A stretch of DNA of 64,000 nucleotides from Azolla caroliniana (Eukaryota > Plantae > Polypodiophyta), in contig JBHGNT010000017.1 of assembly GCA_043228905.1 (NCBI GenBank), positions 17,112,001 through 17,176,000 of the forward strand, written 5' to 3'. This document shows positions 37,649 through 50,497 of this stretch, in pieces. The notes beneath the pieces were generated by a model. It was not told the DNA's origin. It ran no database searches and was given only the letters and a program-made list of their open reading frames with translations. The translations under genes were made by a program, and so were the position numbers. Positions within the stretch are counted from its first letter, which is position 1. Each line of letters opens with the position of its first letter.

Positions 37649-38270
37649 TGTCACGACACAGTGACATATACTTAGTTGGTGAGGATTTAACCTACAACCT
37701 CACTTCAACAAGATATCATGCTTAACCATTTAGATATGAGTACCTCACTTCAACAAGACATCATGCTTAACCATTTGGATATGAGCATGTATTTGTATAT
37801 AATATTTCAGTACTATATATTCTAGCATATAGTACATTCCAAAATATTTTAGAGATATTTGTTAGGTATATTCTAGAGATATTTCTCGAGTATATTCTAA
37901 AGATATTCTATCTCATAACTTGTATAAATGCCTGTAACCTCCTTGGTCCCTTTCAAGGGATTCAACACTAGTCATTGACACATCAATCTAGTATTCTCGT
38001 TTCATTCCATCTTGTCTCCTTCTTCATCTCTGCCTTCATGCTCTTGTGTCATTCCTAGCTTCTTAAGTTCCACACTTGTAGCCCAATCATCCATCTCCTT
38101 CATCTTCATATTTGTCTTCATGCTCTCTAGTTAACCCTAGCTTCCTATGTTCATAGTCTTGTCACTCAGAGTTTCTAGAGTTCCTAGCCTCGTCACTTTC
38201 GGTTCCACTTTTCGGTTGTAGCCTCGTCATCCGTGCTCTGTCTGAGTTCGTTGTTGGTGTGTTCGTGACA
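37649..38270 (+). mobile_element. Solo LTR (622 bp) inserted in the LINE endonuclease
   Basis: Perfect 8-bp inverted ends TGTCACGA...TCGTGACA and perfect TSD CCACC/CCACC. It splits the GGVA codons. It has an internal ~44-bp tandem duplication (37698-37786) and TATAAAT at ~37923. Confidence 0.9.
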
Positions 38271-39399
38271 CCACCCCTCCTTGTCATCTTCGTTGTTTTG
38301 GATTTTTCTCCCATATCAAAGAGTGTACATTATAGTTTCCTAAACCTTTAATATTTTAAGTATCATGCTCCCATGTTTCAACATGGAATCGGTGAAGTTC
38401 AACTCCTCTATGACAAATCCCACATTCCATGGGTATCCATTGCAAATCCAAAAGCATTGTCGTAGAATATGTGGTTTAGTCTCATAGGTCACGTGTCCCT
38501 AGAGAGAGAGATTAGGATACGAGGGAACACAAAACCTAAGAATCAAGAGGAAGCAATAACTTAGTCTATAAAAGTGGCTTTTATAGTTTTGTTTACAAAG
38601 CGTTTGTCCCCTTTCACATTGGGGGATTGAGGAGATTGGTGTAGGGGAGCGCATTGACGAGTCAACGAGTGAGCCACAATGAGCACCTCAAAATGCGGTG
38701 ATTGTGAATTATTACATCACCTCACATGTGGTAGGATGAGGGCATATGATGACCCACATCTAGCGACCGAGCATGTGGTGCTTTGTCACAACGTGACGTG
38801 CACAATGGAGGAAAGCACCTAAAATTGAGTTTATGATAGGTTAAGGTCAAATAAGTATCTAGGATTCTACCAGACATAAAGGTTAAACAAACAAAATCTC
38901 ACATAATGATAAGGTGTAGGGTTCAAACTTCTTTTGAATTAATAAAAGAGGGAAAGGTGATCTACAATGTAATCAATGTATGGAAACTATATACTTTTGC
39001 TTGTCAACCCTATGAGATCAATTCTGTACACTCTAGGATCCTTCTATGAACCCGCTCCTCCCATTGCTAAAAGATGAGCAAAGAATGTCATTATGTAAAA
39101 TCAGAGGGGACCAACATGTTTAAGGAACGTTTCAAGGTTCGTCATAGAAAGATTCAATCTAGATTGTCAAAAGGAGTGGGAAGATTCGATACAACCAATG
39201 CAATGGGTCATCATTGCGGATTTTAACCTCGTAAATATATTGTATTGCTATAGGCTTCTTTGGATTATTGTGAGTTATTGTAAGTTTCTGCTAAATTATA
39301 TGTGTGTATATATACTTGGAAAGGATTCGTTCTAGGTTTTTGTGATTTATGGTCAAATGAGGATCATCACAAATCTTTTAGATCGAGAAGTGGATCTTC

Positions 39400-40000
39400 A
39401 TAGTTTTTTACCAATAGAGATGTTTGCATTACAAAGGGTATGCATATTACAAAGGTTAAGAATATGTCAAACCATAGATTACCAAATCTTGCTTCAAATG
39501 TTAGATATAAGCTTCAAAAGAATCATAAGAGCAAAATTCTCTCATCTGGTTGGCAGATTGACATAAAAAAGAACGTTCAAAAGGTGAGGTGTGGAAGATC
39601 TCTTAGACTTTTCATTCGATGCAATGTAAAATGTGGTTATTGAGGAAAGTCTAATGGGAAGTCTAAAGGATGCATTTCAACACAATGTTTCATGTCTCCT
39701 TGTTGGAACCTTGTGCTTTTAGTTCCATTTTGGGTCAGGTGGTTTTGTTCCCCGCTCCTATTCAACTTGTTGATGGACTAGAGTCTAAGTTATTTTGGAC
39801 TCCATGAGTACATAAACCAAATTGCACTACCCACTTATTGGGTAGGTTATATGCCTAATAATCAAATTTGGGAACCTAAAGAAGATCATATTAATGCCTC
39901 AAATCTATAGCATAATGTCATCATCAATATCCTAATAAGCTAAATCCTAGTTTTTAAATTGCAACTTATGGAGCTCATCATTGAAGGAGGTGATGATCGT
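39400..40000 (+). mobile_element. Very degenerate Ty3/Gypsy chromovirus-like integrase C-terminus / chromodomain remnant
   Basis: MFHVSLLEP (~39687) and HWVGYMPNNQIWEP-like (~39835-39878), followed by purine-rich GAAGGAGG (~39983). Confidence 0.55.
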
Positions 40001-43000
40001 GCAAGTTTGTCATGTAATGTGAACCACATCTAAACCAGACATACTCATTGATTCCAAAGTGGACACCAAAAATGTTAAATTTGACGAAAGCATAAATTAA
40101 GAGTCATATGTTGTAACTTTAGAAGGGAAGGTTTTTAAATTATAATTTTTTTATCGAATTTTCTCTCCATTTTGTTGTAATGCTTGCATACACTACTTTT
40201 TTTTATATTTATAATTTTGACTATTTTCCTCATTTTTCACCTTGCATTTTATTAATATTTTCTCTCTTATTCTATAAATTTATATTTCTTTTACTTTTTT
40301 TTAATAACAATTATTCTCCTTTTGTCTCGCTACCCTTATATAATGATGATAACAACAATAATAATGAAGATAAATTCAAATGAATAGACACAAATGAAAA
40401 AGTGGTGGCCCAAACGTGGGCCATGGATGAGCGATAAATGTAACTTGGATAGGTCAGGAACAATCATGAACAAGGGAAAACACATTTTTTTAAATCCGCA
40501 AACTTGGGTTAAACTCTCGCCTTTGTTGGGAATGGTTAACTTCTCGAATATGAAGCTCTCTTGCCACTTGCTTGATAAATAAATACACCCGAGATACACC
40601 AACCTTCACATTTATCTTGGCTAGAAGTTTTTCTACCTTATCCAAAGAACTAAGAATGGGCTTAAAAGAAATACCCTGTCATACTGATACACCTAATAAC
40701 CTTTTCTATGGATTCATTGTCCAACACGTTGAACACGAAACATAACAATTAGACCACGTGTCTTTTCTCAACATATATGCTATGTTCGAGTTTCTTCAAA
40801 GTATATGACTGAACCATAGACAAGGCAATCAATACCACCATTTGTTGGGGTACCTTGCAAACACTTATAAAAGTTTTGCATATTTAGAAAGGATCAATTA
40901 CAATACTTAGAAATACGAGAACTATAACATTGAGCAAAGTGCCAGTGACATCTAAAATATGAATTTAGTACACCTCCTAATGTCGATTACTGTGCATATT
41001 TGCAAGCTTTAGAAATGCGAGATTGGTGGCATTGAGCAAAGTGACAATGATGTCATCTCACAAGCAAAATTTACTCGCTACCTAATATCCACAATAACTT
41101 CATTGGTTGTGGATACAACCGAATGGTCATGTATCCACACATGCATGGGGGCATGCTAGGTTAATACTTCAAAGTTATGAAGGCAATACATGGGCAAAGT
41201 GGCATTTGTATTGACATGCCATCATATAAATACAAACAAGTAGTTTATGTTCATTGTCATTATCAAGTCCAATTGTGCCATTCTTCGCCTCTTGACTAAT
41301 GATCAACCAACAATTTATCTTATGGTATACAACTTAACATGAATAAATAAAATTTCGCTTGTGGAAATCTAACTCTTCTATATAAATATACCAATTGTAA
41401 CGGTACATATCTAAAAATTTGTTTTCATCTTTTTCTTGTTTAGCTAAAGATGGTGTGAAGAAATTTGTTGTTCAATTATAATGGCTTCAATGCTAGCCTT
41501 GATATCTAATACCATAGAGAAACGTCATTTAGAAGTTAATTCATGATCGTTTGGGGTATCAACGAATAATAACTATTTTTTTAGATAATATGAAACAATT
41601 AAAGCCTATATACATACAGTTACCTAAAAAACTAGCTTTTGTGGGTAGTGACACACTGCTTAGATGTTACATCGTTAACGTAATGTTTCTCATAAAGGAA
41701 ATAGTATTTTTACTCGTTGAACTTTATAAATATTTCTATGTTTAGTAATGCTTACGACAATCTATGACAGATTAATGTTACTTCATTTAGCCATGATTGT
41801 GGTTTAAATTGCAAAATCATAAGAACAAGTACTTTCGTATTTTATCCTTTAATGAAGTTACTTTCTCTATATATTTCGTCAACTTGATGTTATGGCAAAA
41901 TTTCCAAGCATCGAAAGAGAGAGGGAGGAAACACCAAAAGGGCATGTGTGTATCTATATGCAAAAGAGAGACACTCGAAGACAAGTTGAGTCTAACACAT
42001 CAATTGTTATACAATGTCATGCTAATCCATGATTTCATGGGCTAGTGTCTAGTGTACTAAGGTTGGGTTCACGTCACATCAACATAGAATCATCCTCAAA
42101 GATATTTCATCTAAAGAGACCCATTCCTATTAGGTAGCTAAAATTGATCAATATTCTTTTCTACCATCAATTGCACTGTTTAGTACGTATGGATTCTTAT
42201 GATAGGAAGACATTTCAAAAGAAGAAATGTGAGTTTTGTCTATATTTCTACAAACAAAATTTCTAGATCCGAAAACAAATTTTCTACCGCATTATCCAAT
42301 TTGACTAATTACATGTTCTCATTCGATATCCTAAACATTGAGACTATAATGACGTGATATGCAATATTCTTGTTCATGACTTCCATCTGACATTTGTTAT
42401 ATTTTGTTTTGAAACAAGATAATTGTCAACCTTGGACTATCTGTTAAAATAACATGATGGACATGCATCTTCATCCATGACAAATCAAAACATTTGAAAG
42501 CATTTTGTTCAATGGATATAAGCCTTGAGAACTATGTGTACAAAATGTTTGAAGAGGTTTTTGTGAAATTACCATATACTTTGTGGCAATGATAGCACTA
42601 TATCAAAACAAAGAGGAGAGATCACATTACAATTTTCTTCTTTCCATAGCAGAACAAAATAGTGCAGAAAGATACATCACATGAACCTTTCCATGTTAGA
42701 AACACATTGACCAAGTCATGTTGCCCATGAGTTGATCACCAAGACAATAGAAAGCCATATTACATGTAAACATGAACAAGGTGATAAAAACACCACATTG
42801 GTTGTCAAGAACGTAACACTAGAGGACTATTCTAACAATATTGGAAGTGGGGAAGGATGTAGTATAACTATATTCTTTCCAAAAAACCCAATTGATTCCA
42901 AAGACATGTTGTCTAACAAGCCATTTTTAATACGATAAAATTCGAAGAATTGTCAACACTTCTCTCGAAAATTGAGCTACAAGAAACTAAAATGTTCGCA

Positions 43001-43877
43001 AAGCATTTAGAAACACACTTTGTGTCCTTGATTATGAAAGGGAGCACAATACGAACCACCAATTTCTTATAGGAAATAGGTCTTCCTCTTGATGGCGAAT
43101 CATTACTATGGTCCATATTCCATCATTGGTTGAGACCTTAGTGCCAAATGTGCTGAATCAACTACCTTATTTCGTAGAACATGTGATCAATTGTGACATG
43201 TTAGTCGACGAAAATATGTTGAAATCTCATGATGAATAACTAATTATCAACATTTTTTTACACCCATTTTAGCTTAGTGTAGCAAATTTAACCTAATACC
43301 CAACACACAACAAGTGTCTCACAATAGCAATGCCAACCTTAATTCAAAAGTTATGTATGGTGGAGAACCTGCAAACATTCGCATGGATGAATAAAAGTAT
43401 TGCACAATTGGGTTTTTAAATGGTGGAACTAAAGGAAAAGGAGAGTTGAACTTTCAACAAAACCCCCTTTTTTACAAAATCAATTCCTTTTAGTTTCACT
43501 TCGACTAGCCTAATTTTGGGTTAAGCGATGGCTTGATGACATGTTCGACAATTACATGAGTTTGATTTTGTAGTCAAGTAGACTAGAAAATACCATCAAT
43601 GTTTGAGTTGGGTCTAACTAAAGTATGTCTTGGGGTGTTTTCTATTTTGTATCAAGGGATTCCAATATAATTGGATAAAACACATCACGGGATTTGTGTT
43701 CTCGTTTCCTATTCTTTTCCTCTGACTACATATCGTATATTCTTCAACATGCCATCTTGCAAACCATTTTCAGATGCTTTGAAGTTGTACAATGCTATTA
43801 TAGAGTATAAAATATATGCTCTTAAACCCTAAATGTCAGCTAGTCTTACCTCATGTTTCCCCTTTTAGGGAACTTGT

Positions 43878-44057
43878 CAAATGTCTCCAAAACCTTAGAT
43901 TGTCATCATTATAGAAGATGTCTATCTTGCCAATAGTTCTTGGGCCTTTAGGCAACTCACATGGGGACAAATGTCTCCCAAACCTTTGATTGCCATCATC
44001 ATAAGAGGTGACTATCTTGCAAATCACAATTGGCCCTTTAGGCAACTCAAATGGGGA
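43878..44057. repeat. 90-bp tandem duplication
   Basis: CAAATGTCTCC.AAACCTT.GATTG.CATCAT...CCTTTAGGCAACTCA.ATGGGGA occurs at 43878 and 43968. Confidence 0.85.
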
Positions 44058-44447
44058 GGTAAGCCATGTTTGTCGTATATTAAGGGGGGATGAACAAATG
44101 ATCTTTGGGTGTTTGGTGGACAACATTATAGAACTTTAACGATTGGTTCGATGCGATGCAAGAATGCATCGTTTGTTGCCCAAGCATGCAGTAGCAACAC
44201 TAGGCAACAGTAGCACATGTGAGGTTTAGACTTGGCACGATCGTTGTCATGATTCTCAGCTCGGGGCCATCGAAGAAGTCCGGGAGACAGATCCCAAAGC
44301 TATAGGACATGGTAGCAAATTTCGACGGTCCCGAGCAGAGGGGTGGGGGGATTCAGTGTGCATTAGGCAGGGAAGGCGTCTGGTTTGCGTCAATCGAGAA
44401 GAATGTATTGGAACTGATCGAAAGAGCAGACGTAGGCGGGCCCAACT

Positions 44448-44712
44448 TATGATCTGATAAGGGTCATTTGATAGGTTCTTCTTCATCTTCTTCTTTAAGA
44501 CCAGCTCTCGATCTGATAGGGTCTTCATCATCTTCTTCTTCTTCAAAGACCAGCTCTCGATCCGATAGGGTCTTCATCATCATCTTCTTCAAAGACCAGC
44601 TCTCGATCCGTTAGGGTCTTCATCATCATCTTCTTCAAAGACCAGCTCTCGATCCGTTAGGGTCTTCATCATCATCTTCTTCAAAGACCAGCTCTCGATC
44701 CGTTAGGGTCTT
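44448..44712. repeat. 46-bp tandem minisatellite, ~5.5 copies, upstream of the PHD gene
   Basis: Unit AAAGACCAGCTCTCGATCCGTTAGGGTCTTCATCATCATCTTCTTC at ~44497, 44545, 44591, 44637 and 44683, with no unique spacers. Confidence 0.93.
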
Positions 44713-44797
44713 CCGACAAGCAGACACATAGATGTGTGTGTGTGGTCAAGGGATAGATGATACATGGAAGGTTCACTTTCCCATGTAGAAGGAAATA

Positions 44798-44906
44798 TGT
44801 GTGTGTGTGTGTGTGTGTGTGTCTCTCTCTCTCTCTACTCTGTTCTTCTCTCTCTCTCTCTACCCTGTTCTTCTCTCTCTACTCTGTTCTTCTCTCTCTA
44901 CTCTGT

Positions 44907-44946
<40 letters not shown>

Positions 44947-44990
44947 CCTGTTCTTCTCTGTCTCTGTCTCTGTCTCTGTTTCTCTCTCCC
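44798..44990. repeat. (TG)n plus (CT)n/CTACTCTGTTCTT compound repeat
   Basis: Directly visible. It creates the spurious N-terminal extension of ORF 44801. Confidence 0.9.
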
Positions 44991-45226
44991 TCCTGCGCAG
45001 GGTTTTAGCTGCTCGCCTCCTCCTCCTCCTCCTCCTCCTCCTTTTAGGGTTTCAGGTTTCATGTCTTTCCCCCCTGTGCTTTCCCCTCTGCATTTTAGGG
45101 TTCCCTTCTCCCCCCCCCCTTTCCTCTGTTCTTCCTCTGTCCTCCCTCCCTCCTCCTCTGCCTCTGTGCCTTCTCTTTCTTCTTCTGCACGGTCGCCCGT
45201 GCCATGGTCCGCCCAGACTGAACGAG

Positions 45227-47314
45227 ATGGCTTCGCAGCAGGCGGGCCCAGCTCTTGAAGAAGAAGAAGCAGCAGCAGAAGACGAAGCAACCGGAAACGC
45301 CATCCCCGATCATCCTCATCCTCATCAGGAAACAGAGCCGGCGAAGCTTCCTTCTCCTCCGTCGACCTCCATGCCTGAGTACCGCTCCATATCCACCGTT
45401 TCTCAACCCCCCTATGCGTTCAAAGCCTCAAACCAGGGCGTTGGAGCCCCCATGGCTATGGCGTCTTCTTCTTCCTCCCCCTCCTCCCCCTCCTCCTCCT
45501 GCTTCACCTGTAGCAGGGTTGGAGAAATCCAGACTCTCCACAGGCTCACAGAAGATGGAACAGTGAAGAGATTATGCAGTCTGTGTGTTCTTTCTCGTCA
45601 CAGAGGTATGTACTGTTCCCTCTGCTTCTTAGTATATAAGCATACAGGGGACATAGGAGATCCTGGGCTATGGCTAACCTGCTCAAAGTGCCAAAGGCTC
45701 TGCCACTTAGAATGTGCTCGAACTCGCGACATATCTACGGATTCTCTCTTCTTTGAGTGCCGTGATTGCTTGAAACCTAAGAAGGGAATTCTAAACAGAG
45801 ATTCATCGAACACGGACTCGAACTCGAACTCAAATTCAAACCCAAACTCGAACTTGGATGGTGATGTTGGTAATATGAAGAAGAAGGCATCTGAATCATT
45901 GAATCCGGTCTCTACCATCGGAGAAGGATGTGCTATAACTGGTGGACATAACAAGAAGCCGAAAGAATTATCGAATCCAGTGACTAGTCCCGGAGGAGAA
46001 GGATGTCAACCAAACAAAAGGCCAAGATTGGCTGTTGATTTGTTTCAAGATGTTTCTCCCCAAGAGGGTCTTGCTGCTGCCCAAATTGTTGCGAATATAG
46101 CTATAAGACAAGCGAAAGAAGCTAAGGACAAGGCCAGGGCTCTTGCTGCCGCATCGGCTAAAGCTTCAGCTCGTGCCAAAGTTGCCCTTGATGCTGCTCA
46201 TAGAGCTGCTTTAGAGGAAGCTAGATACCGAAATGAATTGGTTTCAAGACCTCCGGTTTCTTCTACATTATATCCTCGGAAAGGATTAGGTGTCCCTCCT
46301 TACCCTCCTTCTCCAATGATGCGATCTGAACACCTTTACCCACATGCATTTCCAAGACCACCCCCTCATGATGGGCTTGTTGCCAAGAGGCTTAACACCA
46401 CTAACAACAGTAACAATGTTAGTGCTAGGCCGGCCTTCATGCCTACTTCTTATCATCATCCGAGAATGAAGAGTGTGCCTGCGACTTCCGCTTCTTTGAA
46501 CAACACCCATCCCAATATGATGATGGGGAATTCAGCTACTCAGAAAGCTGGAAGTCAGAAGATACAAGTTGACCAAAATCATCATACAGTGGTGAGTTCC
46601 TCTTCATCCTCAGGTAGAGTGGATCCTTCTAGTCAGGTAGAGAATCAGCATAAAAGTCGAGTGCTTTTGCCAGGTCAAGTTCATATTGGTGGTTCCAATA
46701 CAGGTGCTAAAACAAATGAAACTAAACCGAGAGCTGTGATACCGTCGAATAGATTGGACTCATCTAGTCAGCTAGAGAATCAGCATCCAAGTGTAGTAAC
46801 TTTGCCAGATCAAGCTCATATCAGTGATATGGCTGTTAAAGCAAATGCCACTAATTCAACTGATCAGGTACCATCAGGCACATCTCAAACACAAATAACA
46901 GGAAGCGATTTAGTGACATCTAATGCAGGACATCCAACCATGGATTGTTCCTTTTCTGCCACTTGCCCTGTAACAAATACTATGGTAACTGATACTCTGG
47001 GAGAGCTCAAACCATTGTCTCCATCTTCAGCTCATGCAGTGGATGATTTTGTAGACATGGGGCTCTTATTGGCTGAAGAGTGTGAGAAGATAAAACAAAA
47101 TGGAATTGCTGAAGTAAGTATAGTCTCAGATCAAAGTGATTTGGTGTCTGGTAATGCTGATGTGGAAAGGGATAAGGAACCCCTAATTCATTTACAGAGA
47201 GAAAATGAGTCTGTAGATAAAGAAAGCGACAAGTGTGATGGTGATGATCCAGCAGATGAGCAAGGTAAATGTGTTCATGATGATAGTGCTGCTCTGGCTA
47301 CCAAAGTGCACTAA
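45227..47314 (+). CDS. Single-exon PHD-type zinc-finger protein, ~695 aa, with an Ala-rich coiled coil and a long low-complexity C-terminus
   Basis: Likely ATG at 45227 (MASQQAG). Cys pattern CFTC...LCSLC...YCSLC...CSKCQRLCHLEC...ECRDC (a C4 finger followed by C4HC3). Helix AAAQIVANIAIRQAKEAKDKARALAAASAKASARAKVALDAA. From memory it resembles the small plant PHD family of At1g09520/At3g17460 type (unverified). Confidence 0.85.
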   Translation: MASQQAGPALEEEEAAAEDEATGNAIPDHPHPHQETEPAKLPSPPSTSMPEYRSISTVSQPPYAFKASNQGVGAPMAMASSSSSPSSPSSSCFTCSRVGEIQTLHRLTEDGTVKRLCSLCVLSRHRGMYCSLCFLVYKHTGDIGDPGLWLTCSKCQRLCHLECARTRDISTDSLFFECRDCLKPKKGILNRDSSNTDSNSNSNSNPNSNLDGDVGNMKKKASESLNPVSTIGEGCAITGGHNKKPKELSNPVTSPGGEGCQPNKRPRLAVDLFQDVSPQEGLAAAQIVANIAIRQAKEAKDKARALAAASAKASARAKVALDAAHRAALEEARYRNELVSRPPVSSTLYPRKGLGVPPYPPSPMMRSEHLYPHAFPRPPPHDGLVAKRLNTTNNSNNVSARPAFMPTSYHHPRMKSVPATSASLNNTHPNMMMGNSATQKAGSQKIQVDQNHHTVVSSSSSSGRVDPSSQVENQHKSRVLLPGQVHIGGSNTGAKTNETKPRAVIPSNRLDSSSQLENQHPSVVTLPDQAHISDMAVKANATNSTDQVPSGTSQTQITGSDLVTSNAGHPTMDCSFSATCPVTNTMVTDTLGELKPLSPSSAHAVDDFVDMGLLLAEECEKIKQNGIAEVSIVSDQSDLVSGNADVERDKEPLIHLQRENESVDKESDKCDGDDPADEQGKCVHDDSAALATKVH

Positions 47315-50214
47315 ACATTTAGCATGAGATTGCAGCTTAAGTGATTGCTTTTGAGACCATTGTGCTTGCAAAAACGCTTGTATTGGCGGATGTTACTGGA
47401 CTTCTTTGTTCATCTCATATACCTTTGCATGATCTCAAGTCAGATGAGAGACACTAGAAATTGTTCATTATCATGTTACACCCTTTGGGGAGTTGGAAGC
47501 AATATATTCTTTAAATGGTGTGTTTGCCACCTTGGAAAAGTCTGTTGGGCTGTGCGAGTTTTGGTTTTCTTCGTTTACTCCTGGCAGCAACTTTTGCGTC
47601 TTTACACATGCCCAGTTCCAGAGCAGGTTTGATAATTTCAGCTCAAGACGGAATCACGGATAACTTTATTTTGAAGGATGGATCTGCCAATATTGGCAAT
47701 ATTTGCAACCAAGTTTATTTTGATCTCGATCCATTGTATTATCTGGTAACTTATTTGATCAAATGAATGTAATGGCTAAATGTCAGCTGAACTTCACCTG
47801 ATTCGTGGGGGTCTCTATATATGCTATGCTTAGTTTTATCCTCATGTTTTGCTTGTCCATCACACTTCAAGATGTCAATTTTGTGGTTCCTATAGGACTA
47901 TGTCAAAATTCATTCTTCAAATTTACACAAGAATAGATACCAATCCTGTTGGTTACTGCATCAGGTCCTACCTAACGAGTTTCATCACGAGAGCACATGC
48001 ACATGCACTGTGATGAGATGATCTATGGTACTGTTACTCTTTTGGAACTTGCTTTGTGAGGAGCTCTTGTTTAGTTCCAAAGTTTTGGCCACTATGGAGC
48101 AAACCATGATTGTGCAGTATTCTCCTGCTTGCTTTGCATCTTCTCCTCTCCTTGTGTAATGGTTTGATTCAATGCAAAGTCCGTCCATGAGGCATATGTG
48201 AAATAGAGACAGGTGCATCATGAGCATGTGTCCTGTACACTTGGTGCGCATGCTCCCTCTTATTTTGACCTCTTATTGAGGGTAGAATGCTTTTGCAATG
48301 TGCTTGCTTATATTCTAAATAAAACATAGTTAATTGGGAAATTTTGGTAGTCTTCTTTTGCCTTGTCATTCTAATGAGTTTTCTTGCGTACATGATTTTT
48401 TCATGCATTGCCCCTGTAAGACTTTTGGTGCTATCGAGGACCTCATATGTTGATGCATTTCTGTAACATTGTATTTTCCAAATGGGTCAAGTGCGAGTTG
48501 ACATTTTGAAAGAAAACCAAACTTTTTCTTGGGCATTTGTGGTTCATATGTTCATGGCTTCTGTTCCTGCATTTAACATTCTTCCCCACATTTTGCACAT
48601 GGTCTGCTTGATCAAGGATTTTATGTGGCACCTTTTCAGTCTTGATGTCTATTCGTCTCCTTAGTTTTATCTCTATGTACATGTACATTTATCAAGTATT
48701 GGGATTGCTTTCCTGCATTCTGTTAAAATAAATTCAAAAGAATAGCAAAGCTTTGAATAAAGGGTTGTACGCATAGAAGCCATTGTTCTGTCTACACGGA
48801 AAATAATTGGTTTTCCAGCAGGATATGCTATTTTAATAACCATTTGAAGAATTTGATGCAGTTAGGGTTGTCCATGAGGATTCGATTATATGCATACATG
48901 CATGAAGTGTTTGTAAGGGCAAGGCAACTTGCATCAATTTGGTAGAGTGATTAGATCACACCTGAGGAGCTTGTTTACTTTGTCTTTGATGATTTTGACA
49001 TCCATGTTTGATCATGCATGCAATTCGAGGAGATGCGGACATTCTCTGAAATCAATGAAGCTGAAGTAGGTAACTCAGACCAACTCTATGATTAGTAATT
49101 CAGATTCGAGGATGATTTTGATAACCTATTTCGACATATTATGGGGAGGAAATCTTACAAAAGAAGTGAAACAAGCAAAGGTGATAAAGAATGAATCAAA
49201 GAAAAAAGACAACAAAGTGAAGTGGCGTGCACACGAAACACCAAAGCATGAGACTAGTTGTGCTACACTTTTTGCCCATTACATTAAGGACACAAGGCAG
49301 GACCATTGGTGAAATGTTGAGGAATATGTCACCTATCAATATAATACTCTGAACTACTAGAAGTTCCACAATCCAAAGTATATGGACGAGCATGCTACCA
49401 CCATCCTACACATATGGAACTCAAATCACTCTTCATAGTGATTGAACAAAAAGCAATCAAAAGCTTACAAAAGGATTGCCCTTGGAAGGATAAATGCTAG
49501 CATCAAGCAACAAATAAGAAAATGGATCATAATGCCTATGTAGGGAGGGTCCTTGTGGGAGTGAATATGGAAAAGAGGTTAAGTAGAAAACTGATGACAT
49601 GTCAAGTTATATTCGATGACCCCAAAAAACAAATGTAATCCTTGGGCAAAAGAATTAGAATGTTAATTGGCCCCGCAAAAACCACGGCAACATCAAATTT
49701 GTCTTTGGGAATCAACTAAATATTGCAAATCGTAAGTGAGGTAGTCCATTGGGGATTGTCTCTCATTTAGATAAATATTTGTCATGTGAATGTCTTTGTA
49801 TGGTTGCCCTTGACTCCACCATCTTAATTTCTACGTCATGTCCAAACACATTTGAATTGAGAATCTATCTAGAAGAGACTAAAGAATGATTTGAAAGTTG
49901 ATGTATTGGGAAGAGACTTCATCAAATGCCTAACAAATTTAAAAACATTCTTAAAGAAGTATAGTTATTAATCCATCAAACCTCACCCAAATGCTCTTCT
50001 TGTTTTGTGCACAAAATAATGACTACAAAAGTTCACATTGTATTATGCTTATAAACTCAACAATTACCTAGAGTTTACTACCTCTAATAACTACTCAAAG
50101 CTTTGCCATTGCAATTATCTTTAGAATCGAGTGCTTGTCTCCTAATGGATTGTATTGACATTACTCTCTCCACCCTTATATACGCATGGCCATGCAAGCA
50201 AAGCACATGCATGT

Positions 50215-50415
50215 CACTCACCACTTCCATTACCATAATGTTTGTGTCTTGGCCAACACACATTCCAACTAGTCCTCCCTACAAAATTTGGGCGTAACAT
50301 GTAACACTCACCACTTCCATTACCATAATGAGTGTGTCCTATGAACATCTCTTGGCCAACACACATTCCCACTAGTCCTCCCTCCCTACACTATTTGGGC
50401 GTAACATGTAACACA
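50215..50415. repeat. ~90-110-bp tandem duplication
   Basis: CACTCACCACTTCCATTACCATAATG...TCTTGGCCAACACACATTCC.ACTAGTCCTCCCT...TTTGGGCGTAACATGTAA occurs twice. Confidence 0.88.
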
Positions 50416-50461
50416 TTAAACTGCTTGAAGCCCTTTTGGCAAGTCTATATACGTATTATAC

Positions 50462-50497
<36 letters not shown>

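Larger units (their letters stand above)
33985..38460 (-). mobile_element. Near-full-length degenerate LINE (APE endonuclease + RT + C-terminal Cys/His domain; RTE-like) interrupted by two solo LTRs
   Basis: APE motifs VETWEHD...GGVACLIKKE, YIWLKIE and GEVIVFGDMNART. RT motifs CIRLKKLTSRKA, VDFKKAFDMV and LLLYGDDVVF. C-terminal CTLC..EYHTLIQC. 3' terminus GGTCATATTTGACCTCCGAAGACAATAATATAATC. Confidence 0.88.

Noticed and set aside
40000-43800. Short ORFs in AT-rich intergenic DNA
   Set aside because: I found no confidently recognisable motifs or consistent splice chain. Probably very old TE debris.
44448-44712. 46-bp repeat as a CRISPR array or coding repeat
   Set aside because: There are no variable spacers, and the overlapping ORF (44256-44546) is a by-product of the repeat.
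44801-45226. First 142 aa of the 837-aa ORF
   Set aside because: It is a translation of (TG)n/(CT)n microsatellite. The protein-like sequence starts at ATG 45227.
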